Shown here in pieces: positions 9,122 through 22,624 of a stretch of 64,000 nucleotides of DNA; position 1 is the stretch's first letter; every line of letters starts with the position of its first letter. A model generated the notes under the pieces. The model worked only from the letters and a program-made list of their open reading frames with translations. It made no database searches and had not been told where the DNA came from. A program made the translations under genes and the position numbers. The stretch lies in assembly GCA_963817785.1 (NCBI GenBank), contig CAWFPL010000007.1, positions 338,598 to 402,597 of the forward strand, read 5' to 3'. Source of the DNA: an uncultured Pseudomonadota bacterium (GTDB lineage: Bacteria > Pseudomonadota > Gammaproteobacteria > Burkholderiales > SG8-39).

Positions 9122-9888
9122 CCGGCGCGTTGCGCGACAATGAACAGGCGACGGAAGGGGAACAGGGTGCGCCCGTCCGCCTCGGGCGGATAGGCGGCTT
9201 TCACCCGCGTGCGGTAATCGGCCTCGAAGGCGCTGCGTTCGGGCTCCTCGAGGCGATCGAGGAACTGCTTGAGCCAGGTGCCCTTGGTGAACTCGGCAAC
9301 CGGGTTGTCGCCCCGGAGCGCCTGCAGGTACTCGGTTTCCCAGATCTCCAGGGTAGCGGCGCGCGCCTGCAGCAGCCGCCAGTAGTGCTGCGGCTCGGCG
9401 ACCGGCTGGCGGCGCAGGTGCGGCTCGAGCCGGGCGCGCCACGGGCCCTGCTCGATCGCGTCGCTCACGCAGGTATGCGACGGCGCGCCGAAGTTGCGCG
9501 GCATCTGGACCGCAAGCCAGCCGCCGGGCTCGACGCAAGCGAGCAGGGCCGGGATGAGCCTATCGTGTCCCGGAAGCCACTGCAGCGTGGCGTTGCTGTA
9601 GAGCACGTCCACCGGCTGCCGCGGCCGCCAGCTCGCAACGTCGGCCTGGACGAATTCGACCCGCGGATGATCGGCGCGCGCCCTGGCCAGCATTTCCGGC
9701 GAGCTGTCCACGCCGATGAGCTTCGCCCGCGGCCAGCGCTCGAGCAGCAGCGGGGCGAGATTGCCCGCGCCGCAGCCCAGATCGACGACGGTCCCGGGCG
9801 CGGGCGCCGGTATGCGCGCCAGCAGATCGAGCGCCGGGTGGATGCGCTCGCCGGCGAATTTCAGGTATTGGGAGGGATCCCAGCTCAT
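9118..9888 (-). CDS. tam: trans-aconitate 2-methyltransferase-like SAM-dependent methyltransferase
   Basis: Start at M44 of track ORF 9118..10017 (MSWDPSQYLKF...). SAM motif VVDLGCGAGN. Confidence 0.7.
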   Translation of the reverse strand: MSWDPSQYLKFAGERIHPALDLLARIPAPAPGTVVDLGCGAGNLAPLLLERWPRAKLIGVDSSPEMLARARADHPRVEFVQADVASWRPRQPVDVLYSNATLQWLPGHDRLIPALLACVEPGGWLAVQMPRNFGAPSHTCVSDAIEQGPWRARLEPHLRRQPVAEPQHYWRLLQARAATLEIWETEYLQALRGDNPVAEFTKGTWLKQFLDRLEEPERSAFEADYRTRVKAAYPPEADGRTLFPFRRLFIVAQRAG

Positions 9889-10070
9889 GAGGGGGAGGGT
9901 AGCCGCGCCGCGCACCGGGAACAAGGCCGCGCGGTGCGCTGCCCGCTGTGCGAAATTGCACGGGCCGCGCGCGATGTCCCTGGAAAGATCGAACCGGCGA
10001 GGTGTAACGTCGGGCAAAGGTGACCGGCAAGCGCGGTGCCCCGTGCGTCGGCCGCCGACGGAGGCATGCG

Positions 10071-10430
10071 ATGACTGTCACGATCGATCCATTTCGCGAC
10101 GACGAGGGGCTGGAGACCTTTGCCGCCGGAGCCACGGTCTTCTCCGAGGGCGAGACGGGCGACCGGATGTACGTCGTGCTCCACGGCGAGGTGACGCTGA
10201 GCATCAACGGCCGGAGGGTGGAGACGATCGGATCCGGCGGCATCCTGGGCGAGATGGCACTGGTCGATAGCGGGCTGCGCAGCGCCACGGCGATTGCGAC
10301 TAGGGAGGCGCGCCTGGCCCCGATCACGGCGCAGCGCTTCATGCTCCTGGTTCAGCAAAAGCCCGAGTTCGCGCTGCAGATCATGCGCTTGCTGGCCGCG
10401 CGGCTGCGGCGCATGGACGCTCTGGTCTAG
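10071..10430 (+). CDS. cyclic-nucleotide-binding domain protein
   Basis: ATG preceded by GGAGG. cNMP-binding signature GGILGEMALVDSGLRSATA. Confidence 0.7.
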   Translation: MTVTIDPFRDDEGLETFAAGATVFSEGETGDRMYVVLHGEVTLSINGRRVETIGSGGILGEMALVDSGLRSATAIATREARLAPITAQRFMLLVQQKPEFALQIMRLLAARLRRMDALV

Positions 10431-10461
10431 GATCCGGCGCGCGGCCCGGCGGCCACGTCCG

Positions 10462-11397
10462 CTACGGCCGCAGCAGGAACGTCTGCACCGCGGCGATCTG
10501 CTCGGCGCTCATCAGTGCCGGCGCGTGGCCCACGCCCTCGAATTCGACGACTTCCAGGTCCGGCTTGCGTCGCCGCATCTCGCCCAGGGTCTCCGGCAAC
10601 AGCACCTCGGATTCTGCGCCGCGCAGCACGAGCATCGGGCACGCGACCTTGTCCCAGGTGCTCCACAGGTCGACGCCGCGTAGCAGATCGGGGCCGATCG
10701 GCAGCTCGGGATCCAGGCGGCCACGCATGTTGCGGCCGATATCGGGGTCGTATCTCAGCGCGTAACCGCCGTCCTCGATCGCGCGCGCGCCGTGGCGCGC
10801 GAGGTGCGCCCACTGCGCGTCGCTCAGGGAGCCGAACCCGACGCAGACCGTGCGCAGATAGGCCTCCACCTCGGCGAGCTCGCCGAAGCGCGGGGTGCGT
10901 CCGACGTAGCCCTTCATCCGGAACAGCGCGCTCCAGGGAACGAACGGGCCGACGTCGTTCAGCACCAGGCGGCGGATCGGCGAGCCCGCCTTGGCGGCGA
11001 GCAGGATGCCGATCAATCCGCCCATCGAGGTTCCAATCCAGTCGAGCTTGTGCGGCAGGCCCCGACGCAGCATTCTCGAGCGCAGGCCGTCGAGCCAGCC
11101 TCCGACGCCGGATCCCGTGACGCGCGCGAGCAGCGCGGCGGCGTCGGAGAGGTAGGTGGAGAAAGTGTATTCGGATTTGTCCTTGAGCCAGTCGCTTTCG
11201 CCGCGCCCGACCACGTCCATGCACACGACGCGGCAGTCGCCTGCGAGCTCGGCGGCGAGGAAATCGAAGTCGCGGCTGTTGCGCGCCAGCCCGTGCACGC
11301 ATGCCACGACGTGCGGGTTCAGGGGATCGCCCCAGTCGGTATAGGCGATGCGGTGAAATCCGCCTGTCCCGAGCGAGAGAAAGCTGTCTTGGCGCAT
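10462..11397 (-). CDS. alpha/beta hydrolase
   Basis: HG oxyanion motif VACVHGLARN and nucleophile elbow GTSMGG. Confidence 0.75.
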   Translation of the reverse strand: MRQDSFLSLGTGGFHRIAYTDWGDPLNPHVVACVHGLARNSRDFDFLAAELAGDCRVVCMDVVGRGESDWLKDKSEYTFSTYLSDAAALLARVTGSGVGGWLDGLRSRMLRRGLPHKLDWIGTSMGGLIGILLAAKAGSPIRRLVLNDVGPFVPWSALFRMKGYVGRTPRFGELAEVEAYLRTVCVGFGSLSDAQWAHLARHGARAIEDGGYALRYDPDIGRNMRGRLDPELPIGPDLLRGVDLWSTWDKVACPMLVLRGAESEVLLPETLGEMRRRKPDLEVVEFEGVGHAPALMSAEQIAAVQTFLLRP

Positions 11398-11461
11398 GCT
11401 GTTCTTTCCTTAGCAAGCGGCGTGCCTTGCGGCGCCGGCTTCCGTCCACGGCGTCCGAGGG

Positions 11462-12784
11462 CTAGGAGCGGTGCAGCACGCGCGCCGCGGCGCGCAGGCC
11501 ACTGCGCACGGCCGCTTCGAGCGTCGGCGGATACTCGGGATCGGTGTAGTCGCCGGCCAGATGCAGGCCGGCAAGCGGGGTGTCCGGCCCCGGGCGAGCG
11601 ACGTCGGGCACGGTGGTGATGGTGGCGCGCTTCTCTGCGATCACCCGCGACCAGATCGGGGCCGGCAGCTCGCCGAGCGCCTGCGCGAGCTCGCGGTGGC
11701 ATCGCGCGGCGAGCTCGTCGTGCGCCATCTGCTGGTGGTCGCCCTGCGCGCTGATGACGCATGCGATGCGCCCGGGCTCCCCGGTGAGCGCCCCGCGGTC
11801 GAAGGTCCATTGCACCAGGCCCCCGGCGAGCCCGAGCATCGGCGCGGGCAGGCGCACCGGCCGCGGGTACTGGAGATAGCAGGTGTAGATCGGCTGGTAG
11901 GTATAGCCGTTCGCCATCTGCGCGAGCGGGGCGAGCTCGGGCAGCGAGGCCGCGAGGGGCGCCAGCTGGTGGGGCGCGCAGGCGAGGATGACGCGCTCGA
12001 AGCGCTCGCCTTCGACGCGAAACGCGTCGCGGTCGCGCAGCAGCGCGCGCACGCGGCGGCCGGTGAGGACCGTGCCGCCGCGTGCCGCGACGTAGCGCGC
12101 CGCGGGCTCGGGAAACAGGCGCGACAGGTCCACGCGCGGCAGCAACAGGTCGGAGGCCGCGCGCGCGCCGCCGAGACTGTCGCGCAATACGGCGAGGAAC
12201 GCGTTGGCAGAGGCCTGCTGCGGCAGCGTATTGAGCGCCGCTACGCACAGCGGCACCCAGAGGTAACGCGCGGCGGGGCCATCCTGCGCGTGGCGCGCGA
12301 GCAGCGCGCCGACCGTCTCGTCGGTGGCGAGGCGGAAGCCGCTGCGGCGCATGGCGCGCATGAAGCGTATCGCGCCCAGCCGTTCGCGCCAGGACAGGCC
12401 GCGCGCGTTCACCAGCGCGCCGAACAGGTGCAGCGGTGCGCGCCAGCGCGGCGCGCGCAGATGAAAGCCGCGCGCGTAGCGCAGCTCGAGCGGCAGGCGC
12501 AGCAGCGCCTGCTCCGGATCGGCGCCGACCCGGCGCATGAGGGCGAGCAGCTCGCGGTAGGCGCCGACCAGGATGTGCTGGCCGTTGTCCAGCTCGTGGC
12601 CGTGGCTGCGCACGCGCCGCGCCCGTCCACCGGGCTCGGGCGCGGCCTCGAACACGGTGACCCGCGCGCCCGCGGCGGCGAGGGCGACCGCGGCGGCCAT
12701 GCCGGCGTAGCCCGCGCCGACCACGGCGACGCGCGCTGCGGATCCCGGCGCTACGCGGTCACCCAGGTCTGCCACGCGATCCAC
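11462..12784 (-). CDS. hpnE: hydroxysqualene dehydroxylase (squalene-associated FAD-dependent desaturase)
   Basis: Rossmann motif VAVVGAGYAGMAAA...FEAAPEPGGRA. Sits directly downstream of hpnC and hpnD. Confidence 0.8.
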   Translation of the reverse strand: MDRVADLGDRVAPGSAARVAVVGAGYAGMAAAVALAAAGARVTVFEAAPEPGGRARRVRSHGHELDNGQHILVGAYRELLALMRRVGADPEQALLRLPLELRYARGFHLRAPRWRAPLHLFGALVNARGLSWRERLGAIRFMRAMRRSGFRLATDETVGALLARHAQDGPAARYLWVPLCVAALNTLPQQASANAFLAVLRDSLGGARAASDLLLPRVDLSRLFPEPAARYVAARGGTVLTGRRVRALLRDRDAFRVEGERFERVILACAPHQLAPLAASLPELAPLAQMANGYTYQPIYTCYLQYPRPVRLPAPMLGLAGGLVQWTFDRGALTGEPGRIACVISAQGDHQQMAHDELAARCHRELAQALGELPAPIWSRVIAEKRATITTVPDVARPGPDTPLAGLHLAGDYTDPEYPPTLEAAVRSGLRAAARVLHRS

Positions 12785-13584
12785 AGCTTGCGCAGGGGCG
12801 TGAGCGAGGTGCGCCGCTCGAGCACGTCGAAGCCGCCGCGCTCGATTTCGCCCAGCAGCGCGCGATAGATCGCAGCCATGATGAGGCCCGGACGCTGCGC
12901 CCGGCGGTCGACCTCCGGCAGCAGCTCGAGCGCACGCTCGTAGAAGGAGCGCGCGCGCCGGGTCTCGAAGCGCATCAGCTCGACGAAGGCCGGGCTGCCA
13001 CGCGCGGCGAGGATATCGGCCGCGGGCACGCCGAAGCGCTGCAGATCCTCAAGCGGCATGTAGATCCGGCCCTTGCGCGCGTCCTCGCCCACGTCGCGCA
13101 CGATGTTGGTGAGCTGGAACGCGATGCCGAGCTGCTTGGCGTACTCGAGCGTGCGCGCATCGCGGTAGCCGAAAATCCCGGCCGCGAGCAGCCCGACCAC
13201 CCCCGCCACGTGGTAGCAGTAGCGCTCCAGCGCGGCGAAATCCGCGTAACGCGACTGGGTCAGATCCATCTCCATGCCGTCGATGATCTCGTTCAGCCGC
13301 TCGGCGGTGACGCCGAACGGCTCGAGCGCCGGCGCGAGCGCGCGCGTGACCGGATGCTGCGCGCGGCCGGCGAACAGGTTTGCCACTTCAGCGCGCCACC
13401 ATGCCAGCTTGCTGCGCGCCAGCTGCGCATCGCTGCACTCGTCGACCACGTCGTCGACCTCGCGGCAGAACGCATACAGGGCGGTGATCGCGCGCCGGCG
13501 CTCCGGGGACAGAAACAGGAACGCATAGTAGAAGCTCGAACCGCTGGCGGCCGCCTTGCGTTGGCAGTATTGGTCGGAGGTCAT
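12751..13584 (-). CDS. hpnD: presqualene diphosphate synthase
   Basis: Start at M17 of the track ORF. SSFYYAFLFL and DDVVDE Asp-rich motif of the squalene/phytoene synthase family. Confidence 0.8.
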   Translation of the reverse strand: MTSDQYCQRKAAASGSSFYYAFLFLSPERRRAITALYAFCREVDDVVDECSDAQLARSKLAWWRAEVANLFAGRAQHPVTRALAPALEPFGVTAERLNEIIDGMEMDLTQSRYADFAALERYCYHVAGVVGLLAAGIFGYRDARTLEYAKQLGIAFQLTNIVRDVGEDARKGRIYMPLEDLQRFGVPAADILAARGSPAFVELMRFETRRARSFYERALELLPEVDRRAQRPGLIMAAIYRALLGEIERGGFDVLERRTSLTPLRKLWIAWQTWVTA

Positions 13585-13615
13585 CGGGGAAAAATGCGAT
13601 CTGTCCCTGCTTCTG

Positions 13616-14419
13616 TCAAAGCGCGCGGCCAAGCAGCAAGGGCCAGTCGTACCAGCGCAGCACCGGGCGGCGGCGGAACATGTCGCCGCGTGCCGCGCGC
13701 AGCTTGGCGAGCACGCGCAGGCCGCCCTGCACGGTGGCGCGGACCTCCAATCCGATGCGGCCCGGCAGCGCGTGCCCGAGCGGGGCGCCGGATTCTAGCA
13801 GCGCGCGCGCGCGCTCGATCTGAAAGCCGATGAGCGCACGCCAGGCATCGTCGCAGCGCTGTTCGGCGATGTGGCGCTCGCCCACACCGAAGCGCCGCAT
13901 CTCGTCCTGCGGCAGGTAGATGCGGCCCTTGGCGTAGTCGAGCGAGACGTCCTGCCAGAAGTTGGCGAGCTGCAGCCCGGAGCAGATCGCGTCCGACCAG
14001 GCAAGTTGTTGCGCCTCGCCGCGCTCGAACAGGTGCAGCAGCAGCCGGCCCACGGGGTTGGCCGAGCGCCGGCAGTACTCGAGCAATTCGGGGAAGTCGG
14101 CGTAGCGCTGTTTGACGACGTCCTGTGAAAAGGCATCGAGCAGGTCGCGCAACAGCGGCACCGGCAGTGCGCGTTCGCTCACCAGGCGCGCCAGCGCGGC
14201 GAATAGCGGCGTGCGCGGCGCCTCGCCCCGCTCGATGCGGTCGAGCTCCCCGCGGTAGGCGTCCAGGCGCGCCAGGCGCTCCGCCGGCGGCAGCTCGCCC
14301 TCGTCGGCGAAGTCGTCCGCGCTGCGCGCGAAGCGGTAGATCAAGGCTACCGGCGCGCGTAGCGCCGCCGGCAGCAGCAGCGAGGCGACCGGAAAGTTCT
14401 CGTAGTGGCCGACAGACAC
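13616..14419 (-). CDS. hpnC: hydroxysqualene synthase
   Basis: GTG start gives VSVGHYENFPVAS...ARSADDFADEG (267 aa). The upstream part of track ORF 13616..15775 is an antisense artefact over tRNA-Leu and tig. Confidence 0.8.
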   Translation of the reverse strand: MSVGHYENFPVASLLLPAALRAPVALIYRFARSADDFADEGELPPAERLARLDAYRGELDRIERGEAPRTPLFAALARLVSERALPVPLLRDLLDAFSQDVVKQRYADFPELLEYCRRSANPVGRLLLHLFERGEAQQLAWSDAICSGLQLANFWQDVSLDYAKGRIYLPQDEMRRFGVGERHIAEQRCDDAWRALIGFQIERARALLESGAPLGHALPGRIGLEVRATVQGGLRVLAKLRAARGDMFRRRPVLRWYDWPLLLGRAL

Positions 14420-14510
14420 CGTTTGATTCTTAAGGAATTTTGCGCTTGCTCGCGGCGGGGAGAGCGGCGATCGCAGGTATAATAGTGTGCCTTTTATTCC
14501 CGCTTCACGC

Positions 14511-14595
14511 GCGAAGGTGGCGGAATTGGTAGACGCACCGGGTTTAGGTCCCGGCGCCGCAAGGCATGGGGGTTCGAGTCCCTTCCTTCGCACCA
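14511..14595 (+). tRNA. tRNA-Leu (anticodon TAG)
   Basis: Acceptor GCGAAGG/CCTTCGC, anticodon loop TTTAGGT, long variable arm, T-arm GGGGGTTCGAGTCCC, encoded CCA. A TATAAT box lies at 14478-14483. Confidence 0.9.
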
Positions 14596-14641
14596 TTCCT
14601 TGACGGGCAGCAGGCGGGACAACAGCGAGGACGCGATACGC

Positions 14642-15946
14642 ATGGCAGCAAACGTGGAAACGGTCGGCGCGCTCGAGCGGCGCGTGTCGATGTCGGTGCC
14701 GCTCGAGGAGATCGAGCGCCGGGTCGACGAGCGGCTCAAGCAACTCGCGCGCAACGCCAAGATGCCGGGCTTCCGCCCCGGCAAGGTGCCGATGAAGCTG
14801 GTAGCCCGGCAGTACGGCATGCAGGTGCGCTCCGAGGTGCTCGGCGACGCGGTGGAGAAGGCTTTCGGCGAGGCGGTGAAGGGGGCCAACCTCAGGGTGG
14901 CCGGTAACCCGCGCATCGAGAAGAAGGACGGCGCCGACGACAAGGCGCTCGAGTTCAGCGCCACCTTCGAGGTCTACCCGGAGGTGAAGCTCCGCGACGT
15001 CGCGAGCGCGACCGTGGAGCGGCCGCAGGTGAGCGTCGACGAGGCGGCCGTCGACAAGACCATCGAGATCCTGCGCAAGCAGCGCATCCAGTACGTGCCG
15101 GCGGTGCGCGGCGCGCAGGACGGCGACCGGGTGACGGTCGACTTCGAGGGCACGATCGATGGTCAGCCGTTCGGCGGCAACAAGGCCTCCGGGTTTGCGT
15201 TCGTGCTCGGCGAGGGCCGCATGCTGCCCGAGTTCGACGCCGCGGCGCGCGGCATGGCCGCCGACGAAAGCAAGAGCTTCGAGCTCGGCTTCCCGGCCGA
15301 TTACCACGGCAAGGAAGTCGCCGGAAAGATCGCCCGCTTCGAGCTCGCGATCAAGCAGGTCGAGGAGCCGAAGCTGCCCGAGCTCGACGCCGAGTTCGCC
15401 AAGGGTCTGGGGGTGGCCGACGGCGACCTGGCCAAGATGCGCGAGGAAGTGAAGGCAAACGTCGAGCGGGAGGTGAAGAAGCGCATCGAGGCGCGCACCA
15501 AGAGCCAGGCGCTGCAGGCGCTGCTCGACAGCACGCCGCTCGACCTGCCGAAGGCGCTGGTGCAGGAGGAAGCGCAGCGCCTCGCGCAGGCCGCGGCTGC
15601 CGACCTGCAGGCGCGCGGGCTGAAAATCGAGCAGGGGCGGCTCGATCCCGCGGCGTTCGATGCGAGCGCCAAGCGCCGCGTGGCGCTCGGGCTGATTATC
15701 GGCGAGCTGGCGCGCGCGCAGGGCCTGCAGCCCAAGCCTGACCAGGTGCGCGCCCTGATCGAGCAGGAGGCGCAAGGCTACGACAGCCCCGCCGAGGTGG
15801 TAAAATGGTTTTACATGCAGCCGCAGCGCTTGTCGGAAATGGAGGGCCTGGCCCTCGAGGGCAATGTCGTCAACTGGTTGCTTTCCAAGGCCAAGGTTGT
15901 CGACAAAGCGGTTTCCTTCGACGAACTGATGGGCAGCGGCGCATGA
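14642..15946 (+). CDS. tig: trigger factor
   Basis: [20 protein letters not shown]..., ribosome-binding loop GFRPGKVP. Located upstream of clpP. Confidence 0.95.
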   Translation: MAANVETVGALERRVSMSVPLEEIERRVDERLKQLARNAKMPGFRPGKVPMKLVARQYGMQVRSEVLGDAVEKAFGEAVKGANLRVAGNPRIEKKDGADDKALEFSATFEVYPEVKLRDVASATVERPQVSVDEAAVDKTIEILRKQRIQYVPAVRGAQDGDRVTVDFEGTIDGQPFGGNKASGFAFVLGEGRMLPEFDAAARGMAADESKSFELGFPADYHGKEVAGKIARFELAIKQVEEPKLPELDAEFAKGLGVADGDLAKMREEVKANVEREVKKRIEARTKSQALQALLDSTPLDLPKALVQEEAQRLAQAAAADLQARGLKIEQGRLDPAAFDASAKRRVALGLIIGELARAQGLQPKPDQVRALIEQEAQGYDSPAEVVKWFYMQPQRLSEMEGLALEGNVVNWLLSKAKVVDKAVSFDELMGSGA

Positions 15947-16594
15947 GCGACTTCCTCTGGCAATTTCCTCCGGCAGCCTCGGGGCGCACCGAGCCGCAAG
16001 GGCTCGGCCTGATCCCGATGGTGATCGAGCAGATCGGGCGCGGCGAGCGCGCCTACGACATCTATTCGCGCCTGCTCAAGGAGCGGGTGATGTTTCTGGT
16101 CGGGCCGGTCACCGAGCTGACGGCGAACCTGATCGTGGCGCAGCTGCTGTTCCTCGAGTCCGAGAACCCGGACAAGGACATCTTCTTCTACATCAACTCG
16201 CCGGGCGGCTCGGTGTCGGCGGGCATGGCGATCTACGACACCATGCAGTTCATCAAGCCGGACGTGTCCACGCTGTGCGTGGGGCAGGCGGCGAGCATGG
16301 GCGCGCTCCTGCTCGCCGCGGGCGCCAAGGACAAGCGCTTCTGTCTGCCCAACTCGCGCGTGATGATCCACCAGCCGCTGGGCGGCTTCCAGGGCCAGGC
16401 CTCGGACATCGAGATCCACGCGCGCGAGATCCTGTACCTGCGCGCAGCGGCTCAACGAGATCCTGGCCAAGCACACCGGCCAGACGGTGGAGGCGATCGC
16501 GCGCGACACCGATCGCGACAATTTCCTGTCCGGCGAGGACGCGGTAAAGTACGGTCTCGTGGACAAGGTGCTGACGGCGAGGGAACCAGGCTAG
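15943..16594 (+). pseudogene. clpP: ClpP protease subunit, one extra base near 16441-16447 as written
   Basis: The N-terminal 166 aa are in one frame (…[11 protein letters not shown]…[25 protein letters not shown]). The conserved C-terminus [42 protein letters not shown] continues in the +1 frame. Confidence 0.85.
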
Positions 16595-16605
16595 GAGCAC
16601 AGAGT

Positions 16606-17878
<1,273 letters not shown>

Positions 17879-18109
17879 CAAGAACCGGCGCGCCGCCGGG
17901 GTGTCGAAACAGCGGGGCGGCCGATTGTCAGAAACGTCAAATCCGGCAGTATTTTGCGCGCCGGCGCGTTGCGGCGCACGGCGGGTACGTGTAGGCTAAC
18001 CCTCAGGGGTAGCGCCACGCGACGCGCGTTCCTCGCGGGGCAAATGCCCGTTGATTTTTGGCCTGGAGGCCGCATCTTCCAGGGAGCATCCACGCCTTAG
18101 AGGCCCGTA

Positions 18110-20544
<2,435 letters not shown>

Positions 20545-20556
20545 ACGCGAGGCGGC

Positions 20557-20595
20557 CTTGCCGGCGGCGCCGCCGCGGGCAAGACCCAACTTTTT
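20557..20595 (+). terminator. probable rho-independent terminator after lon
   Basis: GC-rich imperfect hairpin CTTGCCGGCGGC/GCCGCCGCGGGCAAG followed by a TTTTT run. Confidence 0.4.
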
Positions 20596-20634
20596 GGGAA
20601 AAGGGCAGCGAGCAGGTACGCGCAAGGAGGAACA

Positions 20635-20907
20635 GTGAACAAAGCGGACATGATCGAGCAGATCGCGCAGGCGGCGGAAATCTCGAAATCGGCCGCCGAG
20701 CGCGCGGTCGACGCGATGGTCGGGGCAATCAAATCGAGCCTGAAGAAGGGCGACAGCGTGACGCTGGTAGGGTTCGGCACCTTCTACGCCGGCAAGCGCG
20801 CGGCGCGCACCGGGCGCAATCCGCAGACCGGAGCGGAAATCAAGATCGAAGCCGCGCAAGTGCCGAAGTTCCGCGCTGGAAAAGCCCTGAAGGATGCGCT
20901 AAACTGA
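20635..20907 (+). CDS. hupB: DNA-binding protein HU-beta
   Basis: GTG start after [17 protein letters not shown]...GFGTF...[11 protein letters not shown]...[12 protein letters not shown]. Confidence 0.95.
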   Translation: MNKADMIEQIAQAAEISKSAAERAVDAMVGAIKSSLKKGDSVTLVGFGTFYAGKRAARTGRNPQTGAEIKIEAAQVPKFRAGKALKDALN

Positions 20908-20947
20908 CGCGCTTTTTTTGCGGCGCGTTGCCGAACGGGTGGCCGGA

Positions 20948-21022
20948 GGGTGCTTAGCTCAGCGGTAGAGCGTCGCCCTTACAAGGCGAATGTCGGGAGT
21001 TCGACCCTCTCAGCACCCACCA
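20948..21022 (+). tRNA. tRNA-Val (anticodon TAC)
   Basis: Acceptor GGGTGCT/AGCACCC, anticodon loop CTTACAA, T-loop TTCGACC, encoded CCA. Confidence 0.9.
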
Positions 21023-21035
21023 AAGGATCAACGCT

Positions 21036-21078
21036 GCATCGCGACGCAGCAGCACGCTGCTGCGTCGCGATGCCTTAC
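21036..21078. repeat. GTAAGGCAT-type hairpin repeat (copy 2, inverted orientation) between two tRNA genes
   Basis: GCATCGCGACGCAGCAGC-ac-GCTGCTGCGTCGCGATGCCTTAC, a perfect 18-bp stem. Confidence 0.7.
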
Positions 21079-21112
21079 TTTCAGGAAAGCCGAAGGCAGT
21101 TCGTCCGGGCAC

Positions 21113-21189
21113 GGAGTGGTAGTTCAGTTGGTTAGAATACCGGCCTGTCACGCCGGGGGTCGCGGGTTCGAGTCCCGTCCACTCCGCCA
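21113..21189 (+). tRNA. tRNA-Asp (anticodon GTC)
   Basis: GGAGTGGTAGTTCAGTTGGTTAGAATACCGGCCTGTCACGCCGG...GGTTCGAGTCCCGTCCACTCCGCCA. Confidence 0.95.
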
Positions 21190-21216
21190 AATCTTTCAAG
21201 CACTTATCACCGAAGG

Positions 21217-22197
21217 CTAGACCAGCGCGCCGGTGGACTGTGCCGAAAGTGTGCTTGGGAGGGCAAAAACTCTCCCCGCTTCCTCGGCTTGCTGCTTCGC
21301 GGCACATACAGCCGCCGCCGCTTTCCACTGCTCCGCGAGCTTCTCAGCGGTGGGCCGCAGGTCTTCGATGTAGAGGTGGGTGTAGTTGTCCATCGCACCC
21401 AGCCCCCGCACCGACCAGCCGCCTAGACGCGCCCGCATCTCCGCGCTGACCCCCAACTGTGCCAACCACGAGTTGCCGCAATGGCGCATCGTGTGGAAGG
21501 TAACAGTGGGCATCTCCACCGCGTCGCGTGCGTCCCGCCACGTCTTCGTGAGGACCTGAGTAATCCTGCTGCCCCAGTAGTGGAACACGTACTCCGGGTG
21601 GCGATCCTTGGCGGCGTTGCGTCGCTTCAGGATCTCCAGCGCGACCGAGTTGAGGGGAACGTAGATCGGCTTGCCCGTCTTGGTGAACCGGCCAGCGATC
21701 TGTACTGCTCGCTTCTCCCAGTCGATCATCGACCACGTCAGGCCTGTCACGTTGCCGCGACGGTGGAGAGTCATTGCCGAATAAGCCGCCATGTCCGCCG
21801 AATGAGGTGGCAGCATCTCGCAAAGCCGTTGCACCTCATACGGGGTAGGGCAGGCGTCACGCGGTAGACCCACCTGGTACGTCTTGAGGACTGGGGCGCG
21901 GTTGCCCCATCCCCATTTGCGCTCGGCAGCGTTCAGGATCGTCTGGACCACCCGGACATACTTGTTGGCGGTCAAGTTGCACGAGGCGGGGCCGGATAGG
22001 TCCACCTTCCTGTGCTTCTCGATGATGCCCGCAATCATGTCTCGGGTGATCTCGTTCAGGTCCTTAACGTGCCGCAAGTGGTCATCCCACCAGCGCAACC
22101 GCTGCTGCTCATCGTTCCAAGACTTCATCGAGGCGGCGACTTCCTTGAACCGCATCTCGACCGCCTCTTGCCATGTCCGCTTTGGCTTGACGCCCAT
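21217..22197 (-). CDS. int: tyrosine-type site-specific integrase
   Basis: Catalytic C-terminus HTMRHCGNSWL...LGGW...MDNYTHLY. Adjacent to the tRNA gene. Confidence 0.9.
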   Translation of the reverse strand: MGVKPKRTWQEAVEMRFKEVAASMKSWNDEQQRLRWWDDHLRHVKDLNEITRDMIAGIIEKHRKVDLSGPASCNLTANKYVRVVQTILNAAERKWGWGNRAPVLKTYQVGLPRDACPTPYEVQRLCEMLPPHSADMAAYSAMTLHRRGNVTGLTWSMIDWEKRAVQIAGRFTKTGKPIYVPLNSVALEILKRRNAAKDRHPEYVFHYWGSRITQVLTKTWRDARDAVEMPTVTFHTMRHCGNSWLAQLGVSAEMRARLGGWSVRGLGAMDNYTHLYIEDLRPTAEKLAEQWKAAAAVCAAKQQAEEAGRVFALPSTLSAQSTGALV

Positions 22198-22253
22198 GTA
22201 CTCGCCGAGCCAGTGGTCATGCCGCTTCTTCGCTGTTGCTGCTACTGCCTGCT

Positions 22254-22613
22254 CTAGATCCTCAGTCCCAGTGCTCTCGCGTACCCCCTTGATACGGCAC
22301 CATCAGAGTTTCGTTCCGGGACGCCGAAAGAGGCCGTGCTTCTTCGCGAGTGCATACTCCTTGCCACCGAGTCCTTCGGCCCAAGCGGGCAGTCCTTCTG
22401 CTCCTGCAGCTGTTCCAGACTTCGGCATTGCTGGTCTCCTTGATCTCTCGTGGAGTCCGGCAGTGCCAGCCGTGGCAGATCATAGGGGAAGCGCCACAGC
22501 TTGCCAACCTTGATGCCACCTAACTCCTTGGCGTGTCGTCGCACCGTCTCCTCGCACACTGCGAGCTGTGCGGCCTTCTCGCGTAGGGAGAGGTGTTGCT
22601 GCGTTGTGGTCAT
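22254..22613 (-). CDS. xis: AlpA/excisionase-family HTH DNA-binding protein
   Basis: MTTTQQHLSLREKAAQLAVCEETVRRHAKELGGIKVGKLWRFP. Sits between the activator genes and int. The low-complexity tail makes the true length uncertain. Confidence 0.55.
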   Translation of the reverse strand: MTTTQQHLSLREKAAQLAVCEETVRRHAKELGGIKVGKLWRFPYDLPRLALPDSTRDQGDQQCRSLEQLQEQKDCPLGPKDSVARSMHSRRSTASFGVPERNSDGAVSRGYARALGLRI

Positions 22614-22624
22614 CTGCTTCCCCA

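Noticed and set aside
13616-15775. 719-aa minus-strand ORF spanning hpnC, tRNA-Leu and tig
   Set aside because: Only the last 267 codons look like HpnC. The remainder is antisense to tRNA-Leu and tig and has the Arg/Leu/Ala-rich composition typical of off-frame ORFs in GC-rich DNA.
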